Source: an uncultured delta proteobacterium (GTDB taxonomy: Bacteria > Desulfobacterota > Syntrophia > Syntrophales > UBA8958). From it: a stretch of DNA of 64,000 bases. A program made the translations under genes and the position numbers. A model generated the notes under the pieces. The model was not told the DNA's origin. It saw only the letters and a program-made list of their open reading frames with translations, and did no database searches. Location of the stretch: assembly GCA_903885795.1 (NCBI GenBank), contig CAISJV010000007.1:75455-139454 (forward strand), written 5' to 3'. Numbering within the stretch: position 1 is the stretch's first letter; each line of letters begins with the position of its first letter. Shown here piece after piece: positions 1-9,295 of the stretch.

Positions 1-224
1 ACTCCTCCCATGACGCCGGTACAGTCACCGAAGCTTACCAGCCCCATGGAAAGCTGATTGATCGAGGGCATGCAATCCACAAGGATATTATACGCCGCCG
101 GGGCTGTTGTCGCCGACATATTGATGTCCGGGTAAGGGATGGGAGTCGGAATAGGACCCACGGGGGTAATGCATACATCGGGGAAACCCATATTCATTCC
201 CGCGCCCTGGGATAGCATGAACAT
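1..224 (-). CDS. PAAR-like DUF4150 protein, copy 1 (N-terminal part; the gene runs off the window)
   Basis: Not in the ORF track. My minus-strand translation from the ATG at 224-222 reads MFMLSQGAGMNMGFPDVCITPVGPIPTPIPYPDINMSATT... An AAGGAGG RBS lies just upstream. It shares the PDVC-TP-P-P-PYP motif with 14725-15120 and 26848-27243. Confidence 0.75.
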   Translation of the reverse strand, partial: MFMLSQGAGMNMGFPDVCITPVGPIPTPIPYPDINMSATTAPAAYNILVDCMPSINQLSMGLVSFGDCTGVMGG

Positions 225-313
225 AAAAACCTCCTTAGCTTCTACATAAAAACTGTTCCAATTGTGTGCTTATTTTCATTCTTCGCTGTACCCGAAATCA
301 TGGGCATGAGTTT

Positions 314-946
314 TTATCCGAGATGGACCTGCCCGGCATTGATCGTGACGATTTCCTCGGCGACATGCATGGCATTCTTGGAATGCATGGTAAGGTTTGT
401 ATCGACGAGATAGCGCGTCGATCCGGTCTGTATTTCCTCGTGATCCTTCACAAATCTGAAAGCATCGATGAGCTTTTCCGTAAGCTGCTGGAAGATATTT
501 TCCACTTTCCCGGCCACCGTCTTGATGCTTCCAAACTCAGCAAAAAAGGACTTCCCCAAGAACGAACATTCATCGAAGGCGGCATTGCCGGTCCTGGCGG
601 CCAGGGAAAGCCTGTCCGACACGACCGACACCTCATCATCCGCCGAGATCGTAAGTCCTCCCCGGCGAATATGAAGACTCGCATCACCTTCCAGGATGAT
701 CTCATTGACCTGCCCCAACGCCTGATTCTGCACCAGAACGGAAAGGATAAAACAGTTTCCCTCCGCATCGAAAACAGTAAGGACGGAATCTCCCTGCTTC
801 GGCCTTACGAGACAACTTGCCGCCTTCAGGGCCGTGTAACTTCCCAGCGAAGTCTCCACTCTCAACAAATCTTCCTCTTCCACTACCATACCGTACTCAA
901 GATAGGGCTGGGCATGATCCTTTGTTTTTAAAAGCCTTTGCTGCAT
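314..946 (-). CDS. DUF3540-like protein, copy 1
   Basis: 210-aa ORF, paralog of 15139-15795 and 26208-26834. The C-terminus ...EEIVTINAGQVHLG matches ...EEEVTIDGEKIHIG in the paralogs. It sits between a pentapeptide gene and a PAAR-like gene, the usual DUF3540 context. Confidence 0.7.
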   Translation of the reverse strand: MQQRLLKTKDHAQPYLEYGMVVEEEDLLRVETSLGSYTALKAASCLVRPKQGDSVLTVFDAEGNCFILSVLVQNQALGQVNEIILEGDASLHIRRGGLTISADDEVSVVSDRLSLAARTGNAAFDECSFLGKSFFAEFGSIKTVAGKVENIFQQLTEKLIDAFRFVKDHEEIQTGSTRYLVDTNLTMHSKNAMHVAEEIVTINAGQVHLG

Positions 947-981
947 GGTTTTTCCTCCGTATATAGTTCACTTATTTGTTT

Positions 982-2043
982 TCACTTTTCCACCGGCGGA
1001 GCCCAGTCTTCAGCCTCTGCCATTTCTTCATCCGTCCCCTTTACGAGCAGTTTGTTTGCCCTGTCCCATTTGGTATGTTCTTCGATAATGCGGTGCAATT
1101 TTGCGGCATAAAGATTAGCGCCGGTAAAATCCGCCGCTGTCAAGTCGGCGTGAGAAAAATCGGCATAGGCGCAAAAGGCATCCACGAATACCGCCGCCCG
1201 GCATTTCGCTTTGGTGAAGACGCCGTTCATGAGTTTTGCCCCCGTGAAATCGGCCTCCCCGGCATCGCATTCCCCGAAAAAGGCATGGGACAGATCGGCC
1301 TCTTTAAACACAGTCATTCTTAAAACCGCCCCCTTGAAAAGGGCGTTTTGCGCCCGGACTCCGGTCAGGTTAGCACCGGTCAAATCGGCCTCCATAAACG
1401 TGGAGTAGGTTAGCTCAGCGCCGGAAAAATCGGCCCCCATCAGGTCCGCCTGGGCCGCATTCACCTGCATGAAACGGGCGCCCTTGAAATCCTGGCCGGC
1501 AAGTTTACATCCCTGAAAGAGTATCTTACTGAAGTGGGCGTCCTTAAAATTGGCATTAGTAAGGTCGGAGCCGTTGAACATGACCTTGAGGAGATCGGCC
1601 CCGGTAAAATCGGCGCCGATGAGTTTCGTGTGCTGGAGGAGTGCCTTTTCAAAGCGGGTGTTTTTGAAGTTCGCTCCCGTCAAATCGGCGTGCTGCATCA
1701 GGGTCCAGCTTACGAAGCACCCGGAGAAATCGGCCTGTGCAAGGTTCGCATGGGTCAAGAGGGTCTCATGGAGCGTCGCTCCTTGGAAGGAAGCCCCGGC
1801 AAAGTTCATCTTCATAAAATTGACTTTGGTGAGGTCGGTGCCGTGAAAGCGCACCCCGGAAAAGTCACAGCGCCTAAAGCCCGTTTTGAGGATCTTAGTG
1901 CCGGAAAGATCACCGTCTTTGAATGTGCAGTCTTCAAAACGCCCTCCTGTGAGATCGACGCCGGAGAGATCTATGCCCGTGAGATCAGCCCCGGCCAGCG
2001 TTTCGTTGGCGGCTATGGCCTGTAGAACCTCTGACCTCCTCAT
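982..2043 (-). CDS. pentapeptide-repeat protein, copy 1 (353 aa)
   Basis: Nearly the whole protein is A(D/N)LxG-type 5-residue repeats (ADLTGIDLSGVDLTGGRFEDCTF...). A 4-nt overlap with the upstream gene (2040-2043) suggests translational coupling. Confidence 0.9.
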   Translation of the reverse strand: MRRSEVLQAIAANETLAGADLTGIDLSGVDLTGGRFEDCTFKDGDLSGTKILKTGFRRCDFSGVRFHGTDLTKVNFMKMNFAGASFQGATLHETLLTHANLAQADFSGCFVSWTLMQHADLTGANFKNTRFEKALLQHTKLIGADFTGADLLKVMFNGSDLTNANFKDAHFSKILFQGCKLAGQDFKGARFMQVNAAQADLMGADFSGAELTYSTFMEADLTGANLTGVRAQNALFKGAVLRMTVFKEADLSHAFFGECDAGEADFTGAKLMNGVFTKAKCRAAVFVDAFCAYADFSHADLTAADFTGANLYAAKLHRIIEEHTKWDRANKLLVKGTDEEMAEAEDWAPPVEK

Positions 2044-5000
2044 GTAATCCCCTTTTCCGCTCTCAGGGCATCCGTATGCTTGAAAAGGAGCGATTTCTTC
2101 ACATTCGCGTCATCCATCTGTGTCGCCCCTAATACGGCCTTGTAGAAATCGACGGCGTAGAGGTTTGCCCCCCGTAAATCGGCGTTTACCAGCCTTGATT
2201 TCCTCAGGGAGCCGCAAAAAAGGTTGATATGCCTCATGTCCGCCCCCTCAAGATTCGATTTGGAAAACCGGCAGGTCTTGGCGCAAACGCCATAGAGATC
2301 GGCGCCATGGAGATCGCACTTCTCAATCAGCGCCCCGTCGAGGCAAGATCCGGTAAATTTGCTTTCCGAGAGATCCGTTTCCCGCAGCGACCCCTGGGTG
2401 AAGGTGACACTACGAAGGTCGGTCCCAGGGAGACGCGAATTATTGCCCATGCGGGTTTTGTGCATATCCGCCCCGTAAAAACTGACCCCCTCGCCGCTTA
2501 CCTCCATAAACGTGGTCGAGGGGAGGGCGGCCTGAGAGAAACTTGCCCGGTCAAGGGTCAGTCTGCGGATGAGACACCTCTCCAGCCGGGCCCCCTTGAA
2601 TGCCGTATCGGAGGCGTCCCCATCGGAGAAGACGGACAGATTTGCTTTGACGTCGTTGAATTTCGCCTTCACCAGGGAAGTCTTCATGATCGTGACCATA
2701 AAAAGGGTGCTTCCCGACAGGTCGGCCTCGGTCAGATCGGCATCCTTGATGGTGGCCTGATTCATTACGGCCGCCCGCAGATCGGTCTTTTTGAGCTTCG
2801 CCTTGATAAGCATGCACTTGTCCAGTTTTGACTTCTGCAGGGAGGCGCCCGTAAAGTCTGCCTCTATGGCCATGACCTGGGTAAGGTCGGCGCCGTCCAG
2901 GATGGAACCGGCAAAATTGGTCTTTTGACATTGGGCCTCTTTCAGATCAATGCCGTGCAGGTCGAGACCGGACAGGTCCACCCCGGCGAGTCTGGCAAAG
3001 GCAAGGCTCTCGCCCCGGCCGTGCATCTCGATGACCTCCTCCCGGGTCCTCTTCACCATGCGGTCCGTATCCATGCCAAACTTCGCAAAAGTTGCCTTTG
3101 CCCCCGGGGGCATCTCCTGGGCTTTTACTTTTACCGACGCCGCGGCGGCAGTCTCCTTTGCCGCGGCAAGCTTTGCCATGCCCGCATCGTAAAGGGCCTG
3201 GCCCTCCTGGCTCATCTTCTTAATATCAGCCGACATTACGTTGAACTTCTGTTGAATGTCCGGGGTAAGGGTTCCCTGTTTTTTCAGGGCGTCGGCGCTA
3301 AGGGCGAGCTTTGCCGTCATGCTATCTCCCGCCGCGGCGATGGAGACGGGCTCGGGGTTGGGGTTGATTTTCAACACTTCATCAGGGTTGAGACCGGCCT
3401 TTTTCAGGGCCTCCCCGACCCGAGCGAGGTGTTCAGCCTTCACCTGTTCCTGCTTGGCAACCAGGTCGCCCATCTTCCCATCCAGGTAACCGCGAACCTC
3501 CTTGCTCGACTTATCAACGATCGCCCTGACATCTATCGCGGGAATCGGCACGGCAAGGTCTTCGGCGGTGGGATGCTTACCCGGCGCCGGTAGAGTTGGG
3601 GCGATCTTGTGCCTCTTCCTGAACTCCTTCGGCAAGGCCTCCATGATCCAGGCCCGGATATCCACGCCCATTCTTGCGGCGGCGAAGAGATTGTCACCCT
3701 TGGGAAGGGCGTAGGGTCGGCAATCGGGATAGGCCTTCTTCCATGCTTCCCAATCCTTGACACCGGGGGCCGCCTTTTCCGGCATGACGACCAGGAAGGA
3801 CTCCGCCTTTTTGATCTGGGCGTCGCCATCCTTGGACGGTTTCTCAGCGGGCCGGGCCAGGACGATAACCGAACAGGCATCGCCGATCTCCTGTTCCAGC
3901 AGGAGGGCCTGGAGCTCATCGGTTACGGCAACGACGGGGGCGCCATCCTCGGCGATGAAGAGGAGCGGTGTTTTGTCGGAGCCGTCCACAAGCTCACCTC
4001 CGGCCACAGATCCGTCTTTTTGCCAGCCCTCATCTTTTTGCTGGTTTCCGGGCAGAATCAAAATTCTATTTAAAACGGCCTCGTTGAAACGGGGCATGAC
4101 CAGACCGGCCGGAATGACAAGCTCGTCACTTTCCGCCGGGACGCCCCGCAAGGCTGCGTCTTTCTGATCAACGCTCTTTAGGATATCAGGGTAGGCTTCA
4201 GGGGCCTTTCTGATCGCCCTTTTCGGGGTGATGTCTTTTGGCGTGTCAGGAGAAGGCTTCAGACCCCAAATAGCCCGGGAGTCTTTTATTTCCCCAGGGT
4301 TTATGCCCAGCCAGGCCCGCTTGATCGTATCTTTCTCGATGCCGAGGGCATGGAGGGCGTTCAGGGCATCACGGTCGGCCTCAAGGTTTCGCCGGCATTG
4401 CACAACCAGGGGAAAGCCGCGATCGTGCCAGGGGTTGATCTTTTTCTGTTGGTCCAGCAATCCCTCCGGGGCAAACCCGGCCTTATCGAGGAGGGCGGCG
4501 GGGACGTTCATCCTTACCTTCGCTGCCCCTGCCTTGAGAGCTATCGTTGCGTCCTGCCTCACCTTCGCCGTCACCGCTTCAATATGGGTCAGGTTTTCAC
4601 CGATCCTGGTCGAGGTTGCCCGCAGGGATCCCCTCATCCGTTCGAACATGGTCAGGTCGATTTTGGCAAGATGGCCATATTTGCCGTGGAGATCCCGGGA
4701 TTGGGCCTCCAGCCGGTCGAGAAGTGCGAGGTTGTCTCCAATGACCTGTTGGCCGACGGCTGTTGTCTCGGCAGGGGTCCGGGGCATGACCGGGGCCTTT
4801 CCGGTGGCCATTTTCAGGGAATGATCGATGTCTTTCGGGATCTTCTTGACCCGTTTCATCATCTTGCCGATCTTCTTTGCCGCCTCCTGAAGGGGCGCCA
4901 TATCCACGGTAACGGTAGTGTCCATGACCTTTTTCTGCTCTTCCTGGTAATGTTCCAGGGAAAGAGGCTGATCTTTAAGCCGCTCCGTGGCAATAAAGAT

Positions 5001-5960
5001 CCTCAGGACGTCTTCATATTCTTCATCGTATATCTCCGTCGTGCCCCGGTACATGACTACCCCGCGCAGGATCGTTGGGAAAAGCCACAACGTATCCACA
5101 CGGGTGGTAACATTCTGGAAAACCTCCACCGTCGATTTCGGCGCTTCCTTCTTTGTGACGAAGCAGCGAATGCGCAGTTCAGGTAGGTGCGATGAGATAA
5201 GCTGCATATCGGGGTGCATGTTGAGAATCTCTATCGCCTCACCGCCTTGGAAGAAAGCATCAATATACTGATCGGCCGGGGCGCAGTTGAAATATTCATA
5301 ATCCATGTCGTCGGGGAAGTAGGGCCATCTCTCCTTTAGCCATTTATCGTCGTAGGTCCCGATCTTTTTCTGCCGCTGCGGCCTCATCATATCGACAACG
5401 TCAAACCCGGCGGGATCAGGCCGGTCGGATGGCGAGCCGATGACCTTGGCCCGGGATTCGATATTCGGAAGCGGCGTCCGTAGCTCTCCATCTTTCCTAA
5501 GCACCGGGGTAATGCCCTTCCCGACGGGATTGGCAGGAAAATCCTCTCCCCCGAAGGCATTTTGCCAGGTAAGGGGCAGTTCGGAAAAAGGGACCGGATC
5601 GGTAATAATGTTGACATTGGCCTTGGTTTTCTGCCACCAGCGATCACCGAAAACGGCTATTTCCTTGCGAAGTTCTCCCACCCGGAACGAAACGGTGGAG
5701 GCATTTCTGACCGTGCCCCGGGGGGAAAAACAAGACCCCGTAAGGAGCACCTCTCCACGCGGCTTCGGCATCCCGGCATCAAGGAGAGGAGTGGGCTTTA
5801 ACTGATCGGGGATCGTCTTCCACAACTCCTGTTCCGTAAGGGGATCATCGGGGGCCATAAGGTCGAAATAGATAAAAACGGTCAGGGCCAGATAGAGCTT
5901 GTCCTGCACCCCGAAGGGCTTCACGAAGAGGGAATGCTGGTTTTTTTTATAGATTTTCAT
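2040..5960 (-). CDS. DUF2169 N-terminal domain, ~600-aa unassigned middle region and C-terminal pentapeptide repeats (1306 aa)
   Basis: The N-terminus (KPFGVQDKLYL..GMPKPRGEVLLTGSCFSP..VSFRVGELRKEIAVFGDRWW..LTWQNAFGGEDFPANPVGKG) fits the DUF2169 pattern and is paralogous to 9292-11841 and 22614-25130. The last ~330 aa are pentapeptide repeats. Confidence 0.85.
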   Translation of the reverse strand: MKIYKKNQHSLFVKPFGVQDKLYLALTVFIYFDLMAPDDPLTEQELWKTIPDQLKPTPLLDAGMPKPRGEVLLTGSCFSPRGTVRNASTVSFRVGELRKEIAVFGDRWWQKTKANVNIITDPVPFSELPLTWQNAFGGEDFPANPVGKGITPVLRKDGELRTPLPNIESRAKVIGSPSDRPDPAGFDVVDMMRPQRQKKIGTYDDKWLKERWPYFPDDMDYEYFNCAPADQYIDAFFQGGEAIEILNMHPDMQLISSHLPELRIRCFVTKKEAPKSTVEVFQNVTTRVDTLWLFPTILRGVVMYRGTTEIYDEEYEDVLRIFIATERLKDQPLSLEHYQEEQKKVMDTTVTVDMAPLQEAAKKIGKMMKRVKKIPKDIDHSLKMATGKAPVMPRTPAETTAVGQQVIGDNLALLDRLEAQSRDLHGKYGHLAKIDLTMFERMRGSLRATSTRIGENLTHIEAVTAKVRQDATIALKAGAAKVRMNVPAALLDKAGFAPEGLLDQQKKINPWHDRGFPLVVQCRRNLEADRDALNALHALGIEKDTIKRAWLGINPGEIKDSRAIWGLKPSPDTPKDITPKRAIRKAPEAYPDILKSVDQKDAALRGVPAESDELVIPAGLVMPRFNEAVLNRILILPGNQQKDEGWQKDGSVAGGELVDGSDKTPLLFIAEDGAPVVAVTDELQALLLEQEIGDACSVIVLARPAEKPSKDGDAQIKKAESFLVVMPEKAAPGVKDWEAWKKAYPDCRPYALPKGDNLFAAARMGVDIRAWIMEALPKEFRKRHKIAPTLPAPGKHPTAEDLAVPIPAIDVRAIVDKSSKEVRGYLDGKMGDLVAKQEQVKAEHLARVGEALKKAGLNPDEVLKINPNPEPVSIAAAGDSMTAKLALSADALKKQGTLTPDIQQKFNVMSADIKKMSQEGQALYDAGMAKLAAAKETAAAASVKVKAQEMPPGAKATFAKFGMDTDRMVKRTREEVIEMHGRGESLAFARLAGVDLSGLDLHGIDLKEAQCQKTNFAGSILDGADLTQVMAIEADFTGASLQKSKLDKCMLIKAKLKKTDLRAAVMNQATIKDADLTEADLSGSTLFMVTIMKTSLVKAKFNDVKANLSVFSDGDASDTAFKGARLERCLIRRLTLDRASFSQAALPSTTFMEVSGEGVSFYGADMHKTRMGNNSRLPGTDLRSVTFTQGSLRETDLSESKFTGSCLDGALIEKCDLHGADLYGVCAKTCRFSKSNLEGADMRHINLFCGSLRKSRLVNADLRGANLYAVDFYKAVLGATQMDDANVKKSLLFKHTDALRAEKGIT

Positions 5961-5997
5961 GGTTTCCTTGCCGCTGGAGGCTTACCTAATCCACTGC

Positions 5998-8244
5998 TTA
6001 TAAGAAGACCTTCATCATTAACATCTCAGTTGATTCGGCTATCATTTTTGTCTCTGCCGCAATAGTCTTAGTGACTTCACCGGCTGTCTCTAATTTGGAA
6101 CCGAGGACTTTTATTTCGTCACCGGCGGTCTTAGTGTCTTGTCCTATTACATCGATCCGCTCGCCCAGGACCTTGGTCGAGGCGGCAACCGCCTTGGTCG
6201 AGGCAGCTATGGCCTTTTCCTCTGAAGCGGTCACCTCCAGTTTTGTGGCAAGGGCTAAGGTCTTGTCTGCTATGGCTTGAGTAACAACCGCCGACACATG
6301 AGTTTTGTCAAAATCAACATCCGTTCTCAGTGTTGTTACCTTGAGATCGGTGGCGACTACCTTGGCCGCCTCAGTGACTATCGTATTTTCCGCCGCGGTA
6401 ACCCTGGCTTTCAGCCCTTCTACTGCTGTATCCGTGGCGCTGTAGCTCCACTTTGTGGGCGCAAACTCCTGAGAGGCAATGGCACTTGTAAGCATCCTGT
6501 CTCCAACGCAGGTATCGAAATTCGCCCCAAGAATGGTGTCGATAGCCAATCCAAAGATGGTCGACGTCTCTTCCCCGAGGATAACCTCATTTGACGTACC
6601 CGCTGTAACCGTGAGTTGGTAGGCTGTGGAAAAATTCAACCCGACGTCGGCGTCGCCGCCCGAAGAAGAATAATCGTCCGGTGGCGGCGGGTCGTTGGGA
6701 GCCCCGATACGGATGAAGCTTTGCTGGTTCGGTGAATGGAGGAGGATGCGTTCACTCCCCGCCTGATCCTCGATGGCAATCTTGTTCTTGCCGGCCGTAT
6801 TGAGGACTGACATGGACTGATTGTCGCCGCTGACGACGCTCGGAGTCTCGGGATTCGGAACCGCTCCGGCAATAATTGGCCGGTCCGGATCGCCGTCGAT
6901 GAAGGTGATCAGGACTTCCGTTCCTTTGTGAAGGGGGAAATGCATGCCATGGTCGGAGCCAGCATAAGGCTGAGCCATCCGGACCCAGTTCGACGCCTTC
7001 CCGCCGGTCCGGCCGGACAGATCAAAGGGGAAAAGGATTTTGTACCGGCCCTGGGGATCGAGCTCTGCATATTGACCGCTCCCCGCCGCATCGATCATTC
7101 CCGAGATCGTTCCGGAAATTTTCGGTTTTTCCGCCTTCGCCTCCGGCCGGAACTGGACCGACCCGGGGATGGCAGTGAAATAGTTACGATAATTGACTTT
7201 GTTTTCTTCATCAACGCTCCCTCCCACGCTGATACCTGCCAGCAGATAGCCGGTCTGATTGCCTTCATGATCGATATCGGTAATCAGGTAGTTCTGGTTG
7301 ACGCCTTTCCGGTAGTGATTTTCGAGGGTAAAGGTGAAGCCGGGCAGCATAAACGGAACCGATCCTTCGCCAAGATATACTTCCCGGCGGCAGAGAATGC
7401 TTTCGGCCCTGATCTTGGCAAGGCGCTTTCCCTCTTCCGGCGTTTTGATATGTTCGTTGTAAAAGAAGACCGTGCCCCGTCCTTTCGTATCCACATTCGC
7501 CTCACCGCTCATCTCCAGGGAGGGCTTCCGGTAGTTGTAATCCTTAAGAAACACCTTTTCCGGCATCAGGCTCCGGCGGCAATGAAAGGATGCCACCACT
7601 TCTGCGGCGCGCAGGGCTTCAAGCCCCGACGGGGGTGAATAGGTGAGGACCTTGCCAGCGGCGAGATCGGTGTGGGCCAGGCGTGTGTCGGTGAAGATCA
7701 CCTTTTCGCCGCCTTCCGTCTGGTCAAAATAATAGTAGATACCCTCCCGTTCCAGCCAGCGGGAGAGAAAGTTCAGGTGGCTTTCATTGTACTGGCAGAC
7801 ATATTCAATGGGATCATAGGATCCCTGGAGGCGAAACTCAAAATCATTCGGCGTGAGGCCCCCATCGATAAGCACCATCTTGGCAAACTCCGGAAGGGTT
7901 TTATCGAGGATGATCTGATTATGCTTGGTAATAGACAGCCACCAGAGCCGGGGGACAAGATAGGCCCGGTAGAAGGCATATTCTCCGATCGCATGCAGAT
8001 GCTCAAAATGGGTAATGATGCCGTTGTAAATCGCATCTCCCCCTGTTTCCCGATGGAAGACGAGCTTGGCCGTGTTTTGCATGATCTCATCGAAATCTAT
8101 TTCGAGATTGTCCGAAACAAGCATAATCTCAAATTCGTAGGGTTTGGATATCCCCTCCGAACCTTTCATGCTTATCACTCCAAAGGTGTCTTCGGGCAGG
8201 GTCTTTGAAATAAAAGAAAACTTTTTCGCCGTAAAGTAATTCAT
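5998..8244 (-). CDS. vgrG: type VI secretion spike protein VgrG, copy 1 (748 aa) with heptad-repeat tail
   Basis: VgrG/gp27-gp5 hallmarks are present: YVCQYNESHLNFLSRWLEREGIYYYF, NWVRMAQPYAGSDHGMHFPLHKGTEVLITFIDGDPDRPIIAGAVPN. An RBS (aaaggagga) precedes the ATG. Confidence 0.93.
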   Translation of the reverse strand: MNYFTAKKFSFISKTLPEDTFGVISMKGSEGISKPYEFEIMLVSDNLEIDFDEIMQNTAKLVFHRETGGDAIYNGIITHFEHLHAIGEYAFYRAYLVPRLWWLSITKHNQIILDKTLPEFAKMVLIDGGLTPNDFEFRLQGSYDPIEYVCQYNESHLNFLSRWLEREGIYYYFDQTEGGEKVIFTDTRLAHTDLAAGKVLTYSPPSGLEALRAAEVVASFHCRRSLMPEKVFLKDYNYRKPSLEMSGEANVDTKGRGTVFFYNEHIKTPEEGKRLAKIRAESILCRREVYLGEGSVPFMLPGFTFTLENHYRKGVNQNYLITDIDHEGNQTGYLLAGISVGGSVDEENKVNYRNYFTAIPGSVQFRPEAKAEKPKISGTISGMIDAAGSGQYAELDPQGRYKILFPFDLSGRTGGKASNWVRMAQPYAGSDHGMHFPLHKGTEVLITFIDGDPDRPIIAGAVPNPETPSVVSGDNQSMSVLNTAGKNKIAIEDQAGSERILLHSPNQQSFIRIGAPNDPPPPDDYSSSGGDADVGLNFSTAYQLTVTAGTSNEVILGEETSTIFGLAIDTILGANFDTCVGDRMLTSAIASQEFAPTKWSYSATDTAVEGLKARVTAAENTIVTEAAKVVATDLKVTTLRTDVDFDKTHVSAVVTQAIADKTLALATKLEVTASEEKAIAASTKAVAASTKVLGERIDVIGQDTKTAGDEIKVLGSKLETAGEVTKTIAAETKMIAESTEMLMMKVFL
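6001..6270 (-). repeat. in-frame heptad (7-aa) repeat block forming the VgrG-1 C-terminus
   Basis: ADKTLAL ATKLEVT ASEEKAI AASTKAV AASTKVL GERIDVI GQDTKTA GDEIKVL GSKLETA GEVTKTI AAETKMI AESTEML MMKVFL. Hydrophobic residues recur at positions 4 and 7 of each unit. Confidence 0.7.
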
Positions 8245-8324
8245 TATTGTCCTCCTTTGGGGAGAGGGAAAGGTTTGAAACCATTCCCTGCTCAGTCCGT
8301 GATCATGCTTCCCTTCGCGGCTGA

Positions 8325-8361
8325 AGTATAGATAGATTCTCCCCTCATGTCAAAATTATTT
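8325..8361 (-). promoter_or_regulatory. sigma70-type promoter upstream of vgrG-1 (TTGACA-17 nt-TATACT with AT-rich upstream element)
   Basis: The minus strand reads AAATAATTTTGACAT gaggggagaatctatc TATACT. The -35 is at 8353-8348 and the -10 at 8330-8325. The 15-mer AAATAATTTTGACAT, the 17-nt spacing and the -10 are identical at 15908-15944. Confidence 0.6.
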
Positions 8362-8461
8362 GCAAAAGGAAATCAATGATGTTCTCCTCGCCCGGAATTA
8401 TGGTAAGCAGGAATTAAATGTTGAAGGAGTAAAACTGAATTGCGGAAAAGCCTATATCAAA

Positions 8462-9295
8462 TTAGGTCGTCTCTTTAAGCTTAGCTCCTACTTCCCATTG
8501 TTCTGCTTCGAGGAGATCTTTATCCGTCATAAAGATGGTACTCGTATCAACCCCATCCCAGTCGGCTTCATACATCAGGACAGCATGCATGTCCGCATAC
8601 GTTAGTTCTGCCTGGGAAAAATCTGCTTCTTTTACTATGGCATGAGAGAAATTGGCATAAGGTAAACGGGATCTCACGAATTTTGCCCGTGTGCAATCCG
8701 CCTTGATGAAAAGGGATTGGGCGAGGGAGGCGTCCGTAAAGTTGGTTCCCTTGAGTTTCGCTTCCGTGAAATTTGCCATGAACAGGTTTGCCTTGTGGAA
8801 GTCCGCCAAGTCGGCCTTGGCGCCGGCAAAATTTGCATATTTACCTTGGACCTCCCGGAAGATTGCCCCTGTTAAATCCGCTCCGCCAAAGCTCGCCTGG
8901 GTGATATCTCCATGGGAAAAATCGGCGGATCTGAGATCCGCCTTATCCAGGATGGTCATTTTAAGGTTACATTTCAAGAACTTCTGCCCGGCCATTTTAG
9001 CTTCGGCAAAATAGGCTTTCGTAAGATCGGTTTGATGGAAAATGGCGGTGGTCATATCAGATGCGCTGGCTATCATGCGGCTAAGATTTGCCCCCGTAAA
9101 ATCGGTCCCGGTCAGCAGACACCGGTGTAGCGTAACCCGGGAAAGTGTTGCACCGGCAAAGATGCAGCTCCGAAGCGAAACATTTTCGAAAAAAACGTCG
9201 GCAATTTCGCATCCGGAAAAATCAAGGCCCGTCAGGTCGGCGTCTTTGATTCCCCCATCTTTTCTGATCTTTTCAAGATATTCTTGTGCGTTCAT
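8462..9295 (-). CDS. pentapeptide-repeat protein, copy 2 (277 aa)
   Basis: ADLTGLDFSGCEIADVFFENVSLRSCIFAGATL... repeats run throughout. There is a 4-nt overlap with the upstream DUF2169 gene. Confidence 0.9.
   Translation of the reverse strand: MNAQEYLEKIRKDGGIKDADLTGLDFSGCEIADVFFENVSLRSCIFAGATLSRVTLHRCLLTGTDFTGANLSRMIASASDMTTAIFHQTDLTKAYFAEAKMAGQKFLKCNLKMTILDKADLRSADFSHGDITQASFGGADLTGAIFREVQGKYANFAGAKADLADFHKANLFMANFTEAKLKGTNFTDASLAQSLFIKADCTRAKFVRSRLPYANFSHAIVKEADFSQAELTYADMHAVLMYEADWDGVDTSTIFMTDKDLLEAEQWEVGAKLKETT

Noticed and set aside
1534-2025. 163-aa plus-strand ORF, with similar ones at 1550-1846, 8691-9014, 9725-10048, 24404-25033 and 25171-25902, all antisense to pentapeptide-repeat genes.
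   Set aside because: These are shadow ORFs. The periodic, GC-rich repeat coding sequence stays open on the opposite strand. Their translations are low-complexity (S/A/P/V/K-rich) and carry no motifs, whereas the sense ORFs are long and have clear family signatures.
8360-8605. 81-aa plus-strand ORF in the gap between module 2 and vgrG-1.
   Set aside because: It starts inside the promoter region of vgrG-1 and runs antisense into the 3' end of the PPR-2 gene. It has no RBS or motif.
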